A stretch of 64,000 nt of DNA from assembly GCF_001194135.2 (NCBI RefSeq), contig NC_068989.1, positions 35,588,030 to 35,652,029 on the forward strand, written 5' to 3'. A program made the position numbers and the translations under genes. Each line of letters begins with the position of its first letter. Positions within the stretch are counted from its first letter, which is position 1. Of this stretch, positions 44,101 through 58,100 are shown piece by piece. The notes below the pieces were generated by a model. That model was given only the letters and a program-made list of their open reading frames with translations, made no database searches and was not told the origin of the DNA. The stretch is from Octopus bimaculoides. Its lineage: Eukaryota.

Positions 44101-47100
44101 ATGATAATTATGGGGTGATGATGATAATGATGGCAATTTTATAATTAGACATGGTATAATAAGAACAGGGAAATAAAAAAAACAGAAATAATAATTGCTT
44201 ATTTGGTATTCCTGTTCGATGTGGGGGAAGATTGGGAACATGAGAAATTATTAAAGGTGTCCTTACTTTGGAGGTAGTACTGTATATCCACCAACATAAA
44301 ACTGGTTTACTGACAGCTTGTTCATAGTTCCAGGAGAAAACCCAGTATAAACTGAAAAAAGATGGACATTTCAGTTATAACACTTTTGATAACCTGCCTG
44401 AAACCACTCCTAATTCTATGATTTTCTGTTTTAGAAGTGATCTAAATTAAAATCTGTCATCAAAAATTCCATGTTAATTTATGTTCCAAACATCAGCTTA
44501 ATGGTGACAAAGTTATTTTACTAAATTCTTCATTATTTTAAAATTAATTGAAATAAAGGCAGTGTATTTTAGAAATATGTTAATAAAAGTGTTAAAGTGA
44601 TCATGCCAACATGGAAAAAGACATTAAATGATAATGATGATCATGGCGTGTGTGTGTGTGTGTATCATCATTCAGTATGTATGTATGTATGTATGTATGT
44701 ATGTANNNNNNNNNNNNNNNNNNNNNNNNNNNNNNNNNNNNNNNNNNNNNNNNNNNNNNNNNNNNNNNNNNNNNNNNNNNNNNNNNNNNNNNNNNNNNNN
44801 NNNNNNNNNNNNNNNNNNNNNNNNNNNNNNNNNNNNNNNNNNNNNNNNNNNNNNNNNNNNNNNNNNNNNNNNNNNNNNNNNNNNNNNNNNNNNNNNNNNN
44901 NNNNNNNNNNNNNNNNNNNNNNNNNNNNNNNNNNNNNNNNNNNNNNNNNNNNNNNNNNNNNNNNNNNNNNNNNNNNNNNNNNNNNNNNNNNNNNNNNNNN
45001 NNNNNNNNNNNNNNNNNNNNNNNNNNNNNNNNNNNNNNNNNNNNNNNNNNNNNNNNNNNNNNNNNNNNNNNNNNNNNNNNNNNNNNNNNNNNNNNNNNNN
45101 NNNNNTATATATATATATATGCATATATATAACATCATCATCGTTTAACGTCCGCTTTCCATGCTAGCATGGGTTGGATGATTTGACTGAGGACTGGTGA
45201 ACCGGATGGCTACACCAGGCTCCAATCTGATTTGGCAGAGTTTCTACAGCTGGATGCCCTTTCTAACACCAACCACTCTGAGAGTGTAGTGGGTGCTTTT
45301 ACGTGCCACCGGCACGAGGGCCAGTCAGGTGGTACTGACAACGGCCACGTTCAAAATAGTGTATTTTACGTGCCACCTGCACAAGAGCCAGTCCAGTGGC
45401 ACTGGCACAATTTCGCTAGAATGTCTTTACACATGCCACTGGCACAAGTGCCAAGAAGGCAATGCTGGGCACAGGTGCCATCATGATTTCGCTTGCCCCA
45501 ACAGGTCTTCACACGACGTTGGCATGGGTGCCAGTCGTTGAATTTAGTTCGATTTTAATTCCGATTTCACTTGCCTCAACAGGTCTTCGCAAGTGGAGTT
45601 TTGTGTCCAATGAAGGAAGGGACGCATAAGTGGGCTGGCTACACCCCTGGCGGAGGCCTTGGATTTAGGTCTCACTTGGCTTACCGGGTCTTCTCATGCA
45701 CAGCGCATTTTCAAAGGTCTCGGTCAGAAGTCATCGCCTCAGTGAGGCCCAATGTACGAAGGTCGTGCCTCACCACCTCATCCCAGGTCTTCCTGGGCCT
45801 ACCTCTTCCACAGGTTCCCTCAACTGCTACGGAGTAGTACTTTTTCACACAGTTATCATCATCCATTCTCGCCACATGACCATACCAGCGCAATCGTCTC
45901 TCTTGCACACCATANNNNNNNNNNNNNNNNNNNNNNNNNNNNNNNNNNNNNNNNNNNNNNNNNNNNNNNNNNNNNNNNNNNNNNNNNNNNNNNNNNNNNN
46001 NNNNNNNNNNNNNNNNNNNNNNNNNNNNNNNNNNNNNNNNNNNNNNNNNNNNNNNNNNNNNNNNNNNNNNNNNNNNNNNNNNNNNNNNNNNNNNNNNNNN
46101 NNNNNNNNNNNNNNNNNNNNNNNNNNNNNNNNNNNNNNNNNNNNNNNNNNNNNNNNNNNNNNNNNNNNNNNNNNNNNNNNNNNNNNNNNNNNNNNNNNNN
46201 NNNNNNNNNNNNNNNNNNNNNNNNNNNNNNNNNNNNNNNNNNNNNNNNNNNNNNNNNNNNNNNNNNNNNNNNNNNNNNNNNNNNNNNNNNNNNNNNNNNN
46301 NNNNNNNNNNNNNNNNNNNNNNNNNNNNNNNNNNNNNNNNNNNNNNNNNNNNNNNNNNNNNNNNNNNNNNNNNNNNNNNNNNNNNNNNNNNNNNNNNNNN
46401 NNNNNNNNNNNNNNNNNNNNNNNNNNNNNNNNNNNNNNNNNNNNNNNNNNNNNNNNNNNNNNNNNNNNNNNNNNNNNNNNNNNNNNNNNNNNNNNNNNNN
46501 NNNNNNNNNNNNNNNNNNNNNNNNNNNNNNNNNNNNNNNNNNNNNNNNNNNNNNNNNNNNNNNNNNNNNNNNNNNNNNNNNNNNNNNNNNNNNNNNNNNN
46601 NNNNNNNNNNNNNNNNNNNNNNNNNNNNNNNNNNNNNNNNNNNNNNNNNNNNNNNNNNNNNNNNNNNNNNNNNNNNNNNNNNNNNNNNNNNNNNNNNNNN
46701 NNNNNNNNNNNNNNNNNNNNNNNNNNNNNNNNNNNNNNNNNNNNNNNNNNNNNNNNNNNNNNNNNNNNNNNNNNNNNNNNNNNNNNNNNNNNNNNNNNNN
46801 NNNNNCCTGTCAAAGGCTTTCTCCATGTCGACGAAAGCAAGGTACAGAGGTTTATCCTTGGTTAGGTATTTCTCCTGAAGCTGTCTTACCAGAAATATAG
46901 CATCAGTGGTGCTTTTCCCAGGCACGAACCCAAACTGCATCTCATCTAAACTGACTCTCTCCCTAATTAGTTGGGTTATGACCCTCTCTGTGACTTTCAT
47001 TACCTGATCTAACAACTTGATACCTCTGTAATTATTTGTATCTAAAGCGTCACCTTTACTTTTGTAGCAGTTGACAATGGTGTTGCTACACCAGTCATTG

Positions 47101-47459
47101 GGTATGACTCCTTCGTGTATCATTTGGTTAACAATACGGGTGACTAGGCTATAGCCGACACTGCCAGATATTTTGAGCATCTCTGCAGTGATTCCTGATG
47201 GGCCGGGGGCTTCCCCTGTCTTCATACTCTTAATTGCTTCATCTACCATAGTACTGTCAACTTGGATAGCTGATCCCTCTGTGGGGTTGACATTCAGCAG
47301 ACTCTCTTTCTCCCATTCATTCTCTTTATTGAGCAATCTTTCGTAGTGACGTCTCCAAACCTCTTTCTTTGCAGCCTCGTTTAGTGCAAGTGAACCATCA
47401 TCCAGGCGAACACATTTCTCTCCCACGACATCACGATTCTCTCTCACACACTGTCTTGC

Positions 47460-47503
<44 letters not shown>

Positions 47504-48945
47504 AAGATACTATTGACAATCCAATAATTTATTTATATTATATTATAATATTACAATATTACATAATATAACATAATATTATATAACAAACAATTATTAA
47601 AATACGAAGAACGTCAACAAATTGTTTTGATTTATATACACAATAACAGTTCCCTGTGTCCACTTACTAATTCTTTTCTTCCTTGGCTATCGCCGAGCAA
47701 ATACGCGAACTTACTTCCTCCCGCTTCCAGTTTGTTGCTTCACAGCGTTCCATGTACACATAATTTTTCATGTCTGGCCGTATAGCCTTTTCCGTTTGTT
47801 TTCCTGTCTTGTTTTCTGTCTGCCACTACATTCTTCCATGGTACAAGTTTAATTTGTGTATACAAATTTAATTTGTGGTCCGTGGGAAGAGCCATTTTAA
47901 CGATGCGTCCTGCCCTACTCTTCGAAACGCCTGTGTTAGAATGGGGGTAACTGATGAAGGAAAATGTTCTCTATGTGGCCTGTGTGTGTTCTGTACTCTG
48001 GTTATTATTATTTTTTTGTCTACGTTTTGTTTGCAATGTCCTGTACCCAGATATGCACNNNNNNNNNNNNNNNNNNNNNNNNNNNNNNNNNNNNNNNNNN
48101 NNNNNNNNNNNNNNNNNNNNNNNNNNNNNNNNNNNNNNNNNNNNNNNNNNNNNNNNNNNNNNNNNNNNNNNNNNNNNNNNNNNNNNNNNNNNNNNNNNNN
48201 NNNNNNNNNNNNNNNNNNNNNNNNNNNNNNNNNNNNNNNNNNNNNNNNNNNNNNNNNNNNNNNNNNNNNNNNNNNNNNNNNNNNNNNNNNNNNNNNNNNN
48301 NNNNNNNNNNNNNNNNNNNNNNNNNNNNNNNNNNNNNNNNNNNNNNNNNNNNNNNNNNNNNNNNNNNNNNNNNNNNNNNNNNNNNNNNNNNNNNNNNNNN
48401 NATATATACACACACACACTTACATATATGATGATGGGAATGCATATTTGTTATGCCTGACTGTGAATCTTTTATGTCTTACTCTCATTATTTCAATTGT
48501 GCTTCATTATAGTAAAGTGGATTCGTGGTTTCTGAAGATTACTTACATTGATATTGGTTGTTTTCCTTCATAGATGATCTTATTAAATTTCGATAACACT
48601 TAGATATTGTTGTCTAATTTTGGGAGGTTTTGTAACATATATATATATATATATCTTCATCAGTAGTTCATATATCCGAAAAAGAAGCACACTCTAAAAC
48701 ATTATGGCTGGTCATAAAATGACCATTGGTTTTGCATCTAAAAAGTGCATGGTCTAGTGGTTAGGGTGTTGCTCTTGCAATCATGAGATTGTGGTTTCAA
48801 TTCCTAGACTGGGTGGTGTGTTGTGTTCTTGAGCTAATGTGCAGCATAAATATTTGGTCACAATAGACAATCATCTGTATAGCTTGATCAACAAAAAATT
48901 GCAGAACCCTCATCCATTATCTTAAGACAGGAGAGTTCACAACAA

Positions 48946-48982
<37 letters not shown>

Positions 48983-51900
48983 TAATCCCTTGACCATCGC
49001 AGGTGCTATGTTCCAAAACCCCCGTGATAGGTGAAAAAAAATCAGTGATGTAGAAACAGTACTGTATATTTTTTTTTTATTTTGATAATTTGTATATATT
49101 TATTTTATTATAAATGCAAAACCACACCGTGGTGGAATCAACATAAGCTTGAATAATAAACCGTGATAGGTGAACCACGATATGGTGAGAGATTACTGTA
49201 TACACACACACACACAAATTACAAATACTCTGACTCTCAGAAATGCAATTAACTAGTTCTTGATTCATGGGAGTCTTGTAACCAATAATCTGATTCTTCA
49301 TCAATCGTAATATAAAATAAGCAGACTGTAACCCTTTCAAATTCAAATTACTTTGTCAAAATTAATATTAATTTATTTATTTGCATTGCTTTAAATGATC
49401 ATGCACTGTCTCAGCTTTGAGTTTTCAATGAGGCAATTGTGTATTTTTAAAATGACATTATAGGGTAGGTGTAAAAGGCAAAATCTAGCTGATATGAAGA
49501 TAAAACAGCCTGATATGGCAAGTTTAAATGCTAAAATGATTTTTAATAAATATCTCTGATCTTACCTAGGCTAAAAGTTGAAATTCATAGAAAGAAAGAA
49601 AGGTGGATGGATGGAGAGAAAGAGACAAAGAGAGAGAAAGCATTTATACTTACGCACTGAATCACAATCCATCAAACCATCACGTTTTTTTCTGTTGACC
49701 TTTACACTGTGCCAGTTTCCATCATTAAAAGTGTTGCTAGTTCTGAGAACAAGACGTCCACCACCTAATTCATACTGGTAGACCAGATGACCATCTTCAA
49801 GGTGAAGTGAAGCAAAATCAGTTGCACTGTTATGATACATCAACATCAACAAGCCATTTGGTTTAGAGGTTTTAAATTCCATTGATATTACATATTTAGA
49901 AGCAAAATTTGGCTGAACTTTCAGTTTGGCATAACTTCTCCCATCAAAGCGATAACCATCGTTTACAGTAGTTGCAGATACTTTTCTGCAGGAATACAAA
50001 GTAGAAAAGAATGTAAATAGATTAATGACAAAAATGTGAGGTTTTCAGTTGAACTGAGTTTAAGTCTCAGTTTAAGGTCATAACACAATTTTTTCAGCAC
50101 ATTAAATCCACCTCCTCATTATCATTTAACAGCCACTTTTTCATGCTTGTATGGATCAGACAGAATTTGTTAAAACAAATTTTCTATAGCCACCAACTCT
50201 CACTTGATTCCAAGCAAGACAATATTTTCCCATGGCCAAATATGTTTTCCTTGGAAGACTGGAAATGAACAATAATGCATGTATGATAGTGTTGCTCACT
50301 TACAAGAAAATGTATGGAGTTCCTGGAAGTGGATACCAAATGAAAAAATATTAAATTTGTAACTGTATGAAAAAAAAACTCAAAAAAGGAGGTGGGATGA
50401 TGTAAAAATTATTGCTAAGACAATTATACTCCCTAAGAAAAAAAGGGGAGATGTTATGGGGATAAGAATAATATTGAAACACTCCTCCCACGTGAGGAGT
50501 GGTGTATGGTAGTCATTACAAATACTGTGATGTAGGTAGTCGAGTGGTCGAGAGTTGGTGACATTGGTCATAGATAGTCGTGTCTTGTCTAACTAACTAT
50601 ACTGCTATATCAGAGTGGACATTATAACAGTCTGATGTTGGATTACAAGAATTATTATTATTATTATTAAGGTGGTGAGCTGGCATAACCATTTGCATGC
50701 CAGGCAAAATGCTTAGCAGGATTTCGTCTGTCTGTATGTTCTGGGTTCAAATTCTGCTGAGGTTGACTTTACCCTTTATCCTTTTGGGGTCAATAAATTA
50801 AGTACCAGTCAAGCACTGGGATTGATGTAATTGACTAGTCCACTTCTCCAAAATTTTAGGCCTTGTGCCTATAGTAGAAAGGATTGTAACCTCTGCCTTA
50901 AGGAAGGCAGAGATATTGTTTTCAGTTGTGTTTGTTTGTCTGTGGACAAGATGTCTCAAGAACTGCTGGATGGATTTGGATGAAACTTTCAGGGATGTTT
51001 GGCCTTGAGACTGGCATGAACTGATTAGATTTTGGGATTGATCTGGTACCGGACAAGAATTCTGGATTATTTTTCCACTTTTGTTAACTTAATTTTTGAG
51101 AGTGGTCAGGTTCATTTTTAGTGTGGTCGTTTGTGAGAGAAGTTGAGTTTATTTCAGATATTCTTATTTTAAAAATCATCTCTGGCTAATTGTTGAGGAG
51201 GATGTTGGTGTTGCCTTGGTGGAGGTTTGCACTCTTCGAGTGCTCTTGTTGTTGTTGTTATTATTATTATTATTATTGTTATTATTATTATCATTAATGT
51301 TAAGGCATCTGGCTGACATTAGCAAGCCAGGCAAAATGCTTAGCAACATTTCATCCTTTTTCACATTCTGAGTTCAAATTCTGCTTTTTATCCTTTCAAG
51401 GTCAATAAAATAAGTACCAGATTATCACTGGGGATGATGTAATCGACTTACACCCACTCCAAATTTGCTGGCCTTGTGCCAACATTTGAAATCATTGCTG
51501 TTGTTAGTATTATTATTATTATCATTGAGGCAGTGAGCATGCTGCCTCACCAATGGAAACATGGGTATTTCGTTCATCATCCATAATCAACCCTTATTCA
51601 GGGACCTTTTGAGCAGGATGAGCTACAAAATTTTAACTGCTCATGCCACTGCAAGGTCATGCGCTGTTTATCTTGATATGATATCACCACATCACACATA
51701 TATGGTGCGATGCATGTGCCTGGTGTACTCTAATCAGATGCTTAGTTAGATGGGTATATTGGGCTTTGTATATTTGTACCCATGTCACTTTGATGGCATG
51801 CACTCAATAATAATAATAATAATAATTTCTACTGAAGGCACAAGGCCTGAAATTTGCAGGGAAGGGACTGGTCAATTACATCAGCCCCAGTGTTTCACTG

Positions 51901-52032
51901 CTACTTAATTTATCAACCCCAAAAGGATGAAAGGCAAAGTCAACCTTTGAGGAATTTGAACTCAGAACATAACGACAGGCAAAATACTAAGCATTTCATC
52001 CAGCGTGCTAACAATTCTGCCAGCTCACAGCC

Positions 52033-52082
<50 letters not shown>

Positions 52083-52098
52083 TATAATGATAATAATG

Positions 52099-52133
<35 letters not shown>

Positions 52134-55100
52134 CCTTTCTATTAGAGGCACAAAACCCGAAATTTTGTTGGGAAGGGGGATAGTTATTTACATCAACCGC
52201 AGGCTCAACTGGTACTTATTTCATGGATCCTAAAAGGATGAAAGGCAAAACTAACCTTGGTGTAATTTGAACTCAGAAAGTAATTCCAGAAGAAATTCCA
52301 CTAAGCATTTGGTAGTGTGCTAACGAATCTACCAGCTCACTGACTCAACAACAACAACAGCATGGTAGCAGCGGCAATGATGATGACAGTGACAATAATA
52401 GTAACAATAATACAGAGCTAATTATTGAAGGAAATGTAGCAAACAGTTAATTCATAGAAAGATTCAAATACCTATTGCGGAATCCTGCAAAATTATTTTC
52501 TCCAGAAGCAAAGTTCCAAAGCCCTAAGATGTAATCATTGAACATGAAACCTTCTATTGCTCCATGGTATCTATTTCGGGTAACACTGGAGGGAATCTGT
52601 AACAAAAAAAGAAAAAAGTGATAATAGCAATTTCTAATTAGGTTTTGTCTTTGTGTTTATCCACCACCACGGATTGTCAAGCCAGTGTTAGTTTCATTCA
52701 GTACTATATTTAAGAGATGAGGAATTATGTACGTTATTTACATTTGACGAATATTTGTCCTCATCTTGTTTGTTGTTAACACATTTTGGTGATATACCCT
52801 CCAGCCTTCATCAGGTATCTTGGGGAAATTTTGAACCTGGGTTCCTAAGGTTTTTTTTGATGTTGTTATTATTATTATTCTTCTTCTTATTATTATTCAG
52901 GTCACTACCTGGAATTGAACTCAGGATCTTAGGGCTTATAAATCTAATATTTTCCTATCCTTCCTTAATACCGGTTCCCATATGCTACTAATATCTGCAC
53001 TCGGTCTGCTTAGGAGGTTGTTGTGTCTTAGCATATGTGCTGCTTCTTTTAGTTTTCATATTTTCCAGTGGTCTTCTCTGTCTATTATTTTAACTTCATC
53101 CCACAGGGGGAGGTGGTCTCCATTTTTCCATACATGATCAGCTATACCTGATTTATCAATATCTCCTCATGTCACAGCTTTGCAATGTTCCTCTACCCTT
53201 ATTTTGAGGGGACAGCATGTTTTGCCTTTGTATAATCTACCACAGCTGCATGGGATGGAGTACACGCAGTCTTTGGTCATATTCTCTTCTATTGGTACTT
53301 TTACTCAAAGGATATATTTGCGAAATGTTGTATTACTCTTGAATACTCTCCTGATGTCATATGAGCCACATATCTTTTGTATCTTTTCGGAGAGGCCTTT
53401 CACATAAGGTAGACAGACTGTAGACAGTTTATTGGTTTCGTCCTCTCTTTTCTTCCTAATTGGAGTGGAGAGTATGCTTTTGGGGTAGTTGTTTTTTAAC
53501 AGATCGTTATTGAGCTTGATCATTTCTTTGTGGTGTGTATCACAATTGCTACTTATATTCTTTGCTTGATGTTTTAGGCACTGAGCAACCCCTCTCTTTA
53601 CACTGTATAGATAGTGAGAATTGAAGTTGAGGTATCATTCAGTAAAGGTCGGCTTGCGGTATACGGATGTCCTGAATCCATATTTTCTGTGTGTTATTAA
53701 TATGTCCAGGAATGCTAGTTGATTGTCTTTCTCCTTTTCCATTGTTAACTGTATGGATGGCTTTATTGAGTTCACATAATCTAACAGCACTTGGACATCT
53801 TCTTGGTGGGGCCAGAGTATAAAGGTTTCATCAACATATCACAGCCATAGGGTTGGTTTTAGTGGCGTTGATCCTAAAGTCAAATTCTCAAAGCCAATAT
53901 ATACATGGAATACTTTGAGAATTTGGCATTAGGATCAACGCCACTAAAACCAACCCCATGGCTGCAATATGTTGATAACACCTTTATCCTCTGGCCCCAC
54001 CAGGAAGATGTCCAAGTGCTGTTAGATTATGTGAACTCAATAAAGCCATCCATACAGTTCACAATGGAAAAGGAAAAAGACAATCAGCTAGCATTCCTGG
54101 ACGTATTCATAACATGCACAAAATATGGATTCAGGACATCCGTATACCGCAAGCCAACCTTCACTGGATGATACCTCAACTTCAATTCCCACCATCCATT
54201 CAGTGTACAGAGAGGGATTACTCAGCACCTAAAACATCAAGCAAAGAATACACCACTGGAAAGTATTGAGGTTCACACTCCACTTCTCCCTAAGCATAAA
54301 AACTTGTGTAGATAAGATCTTCTTCAGTTTAGTGGATAAACACTTTCCCCATATGAAAAGTTCTGTAAAATATTTAATAGACACACTTTAAGAGATTCTT
54401 TAACTGTGCATCTAGTATAAAGAAAATATTAGAAGGTAGGCCCACACCTGAGACGGAGGCAGGGTGCTTATGCAGAAGCAACATGGCATGCTCCCTTAAC
54501 AACCACTACAACACAGAGACAATCATCAAAGGACTCAAGTGGCAGTCAAACAAGGAGTAGTATGTGGGTGTAACAGAAGATCCTTTCAGGATCAGACTGT
54601 ACATCTATTAGTCCTCCTTTAATATCCAGGAGAGATACAATGTCACAGCCCTGGCTAGGCATATACAGCCATTGAAGGAAAGTGCCATGGTTTTTCAACA
54701 TCAAGTGGAAAATCATGGAAAATCTCAAGCCTTATTTTAACAATAGTTGGAAGTGCAAGCTATGCTAGCTGAGAAAAAGAATCTTAAAAAATTTTTTTTC
54801 ACCCAGACATCTACCTATAAAGCAGGAGAGAAATATTTAGCTCACGCCCACATGACGGAAGATACATGATGGCTTACCTACAGGCCCCATCATAATTATA
54901 AACATTAGGTCTTTCACCACATATTCTGAGAACCCAGGAAAGTTTTGGCCAAACCATACACACAGATACATACACATAATGCACCCACACATGGGAGTTA
55001 AAGGTCTCTAATAAAAATCCACTATACAAATATTAACCCTGCAAACATATCGATCCCTTCAATTCTCTCTACACACATATTAACTCACCACACCTTTGCT

Positions 55101-58100
55101 GCCTCACAATTAACTCACCACACCTTTACTGCATCACAAATTCACTAACGGGGCAAGGACATAATTCTTCATAATTCCCTTGCTAAATTGCCTCCTGTGG
55201 CATCATTTCAATGTTTTCACAGCACCCACAAAGCAGATGAGACACCACTTCACCTCTGATAATAGAAAGTGGCAAGCTGGTACAATCATTAGCATGCCAG
55301 GCAAAATGTTTAGCAACATTTTGTTTTTCTTTGTTTCGAGTTCAAACTCCACCAAAGCCGACTTTGCCTTTTATCCTTTCAGGGTCGATAAAATAAGTAC
55401 CAGTTAAATACTGGAGTCAATGTAATTGACTAGCGTCTTCCCCTGAAATTGCTGGCCTTGTGCCAAAATTTGAAACCATTTTTATTTACCTTATTATTCA
55501 TGTTGAATGGGTAACCTCCAATATAAAAGTGGGTTGTTTCAGGATTGAGTTCCAACAAAGAAAAGGCACTATTAGACTTGTTTGTTGCAACTTCTGATTT
55601 GTTTCCTTGTGATACAAGAAGTTCAACCAATGAACCAGTTCTGCAAAGTGAAAAACAGGAAAAGAGAAACAAAATGACATTACTGCAACATTTTAGAAAA
55701 GAATATTAAGACAGAAAAGTTCAAAAGGAAAATGTAATAAAAACAAATAAAATGAATTTTAATTATATAAAATTTGACAGACACAGCATGGTGATTCTGA
55801 ATTAGATTTCAAGGCAACTTGAACAAAAAAAGAAAAAAAGAAAGAAAAGAAAATGCTTTCTACCATAGTCTCATGTTGACTGAGTAATGTAAGTGGAATT
55901 TGGTGGTTAAGAAATGTAAAACTTTCCATACACTTACAAGAAGGTGCTGAAAAGTTCCTAGCTTTAAGGATATTGCAAAAGGCCTGGTTGGAGGTCCAAC
56001 CTTTTGACTTCTTTCACAGAGCTTAGAAAAACTGAAGAACTGCTGCAATAAGTGAGTGAATCTGAGAGGAAAATATGTTGAATTACATGGAAAAATGCGA
56101 GCAAGAGAAATAATATTCTTAAGATTATAAACCTGGAAAAGTTCAAGACAAGTTATTAAACTCGGAAAAGTAAAGGAGAAATTATTACATGTAGTAAAAT
56201 ACAGAACAAGAAAATTTTTACTTAAAATATTGCAGTTAAGGATAAAATTTCAAATAAAATATTTAGATTTAAAAAATATTAGCTTTTATTAAAATTAAAA
56301 ATTTTATTACAAGTTATTACTTTTATTTGTTATTACTTGTTACTTATATTAAAAATTTAAAAATAACTCCAAAATACTTTTTTGCACTTTAAAAACATTC
56401 ATTTTTTAAATTATCAATTAATAATTAGAAATTTTAAAATAGGTTATAAAAAATAATAGTAGTACATAATTAGTTAGTGCAACAGATAGAATAATACAAA
56501 AATTAGTTATATATATTACAGTAAAATCTACCTATAACAACAAATTCACAGTAAAATTTGCTTGAGTTATTGCCTAAGTTATTGCCAAGTCTTCACATTT
56601 TGAGTCTTGACCCAATGTCTATTTTTTACATAATGAATTTGCCTGCCATATATACTGTTCTACTTTGCATAAAACTTTAGCTATATTGGTACTTCTGGCT
56701 CTCATTTTCTAAGTATTTTAGTGTGTCTATATTTTAACAAAATGATGGTACCTTTTCTTAACTATAATGTTACTTCGTAAATTAAAATCAAATAAATTTT
56801 TAATATTCAAATTTTATCCTAAGGTGCAATATTTTAAGTAAAAATTTTCTTTGTTCTGTACTTTACCAGATGTAATAAAGTTGTTCTGAACTTTTCCAAG
56901 TGTAATAACTAGTCCTGAACTTTTCCAGGTTTATAATCTTAAGAATATTATTTCTCTTGCTCACATTTTTCCATGTAATCCATGTTTTTTCCAGGCTATG
57001 CTATTATGCTAATTAATAATGTGTCAATTAATAATTTAAGATTTTACCTTATTGAAAATTACCTCAATGATGTTGGTGACATATATTAAAAGTCCCTATA
57101 TTATCACCATTGAATTTGAGAAACAAACACTCATAACTTTTTTCTTTTAAAACTTCTTTCTCATCTCAGATATTACAGGACTGTGTTTACATGATATAAT
57201 TGCATTAATTAATATAGATGATGTAATTAAATTAATTGCAAATTAGCGGTGTCATTGATAATTTTTTCCTTACTTCAAGGATGCCGGTGACATGTATTAA
57301 AAGTCCTCTTATAGAACTATATTATCACCCTCAAATTTGAGAAACAAACACACATATCTTTTTTTTTTAAACTTCATTGCTTGTTAAAATATAACTTGTT
57401 TTTAAAATAAAAAAGCTAATTATACTTGAATCTAATTTTTTGCCTTATATTTTTTTTCATATTTCATCTCACAACATTTTTTATACAAACTTTTGTTGCA
57501 TGGGACCAAAACTATGAAATTCCTCATGCATTCTTCTTTCATTGAAGCTAAGATAAATATATTTTGTTTTTAAAATAAAAAATTTATTTAGAACTAAACT
57601 TGATTGGAGGTGTTACTTACTCTCCTACAATGTTGCTACAAATTTTGATATAAACTTTCTTCTACTGGACCAAATTGCAAATTTTTTATGCCAAAATGTA
57701 GCTTGGGACCAGTCCACTTCAAAAATATTAACAGTTTTCACTTTGGTTAAGAACTGAATTAACGACAAAGCTCTGAAAATGCTGTGTATGAATAAATTGC
57801 AGTCTTAAGAATATTATTCAACTACTACCATAGTTGGTGGAAACGCAATGGCCCAGTGGTTAGGTCAGTCTCGTGGTTAGACTCGCGGCCGGAGGATCGC
57901 AGTTTCGATTCCCAGACCGGGCGTTGTGTGTGTTTATTGAGTGAAAACACCTAAAGCTCCACGAGGCTCCGGCAGGGGGTGGTGGGGACCCCTGTGTACT
58001 CTTTTGCCCCAACTTTCTCTCACTCTTTCTTCCTGTTTCTTGAGTAACACTGCGATGGACTGGCATCCTGTCCAGCTGGGGGGGATCACATACGCCATAG

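Noticed and set aside
47892-47944. Stem I-like ccattttaa/ttagaatgg around cgatgcg...gaaac
   Set aside because: The core is not CUGANGA, stem II is unconvincing and position 17 is G; at most a decayed motif.
44597-48573. Long ORFs filled with X in the ORF track
   Set aside because: Artefacts of N gaps, except the RTE frame at 45711-47519.
52775-52820. Hammerhead-like ctgatga-aggctg...cacc-aaaa on the minus strand at the Penelope 3' end
   Set aside because: G12 is missing and stems II and III are broken; a dead remnant, though in the expected PLE position.
57837-57920. tRNA-like A and B boxes here and in other SINE heads
   Set aside because: No complete cloverleaf; these are SINE promoters, not tRNA genes.
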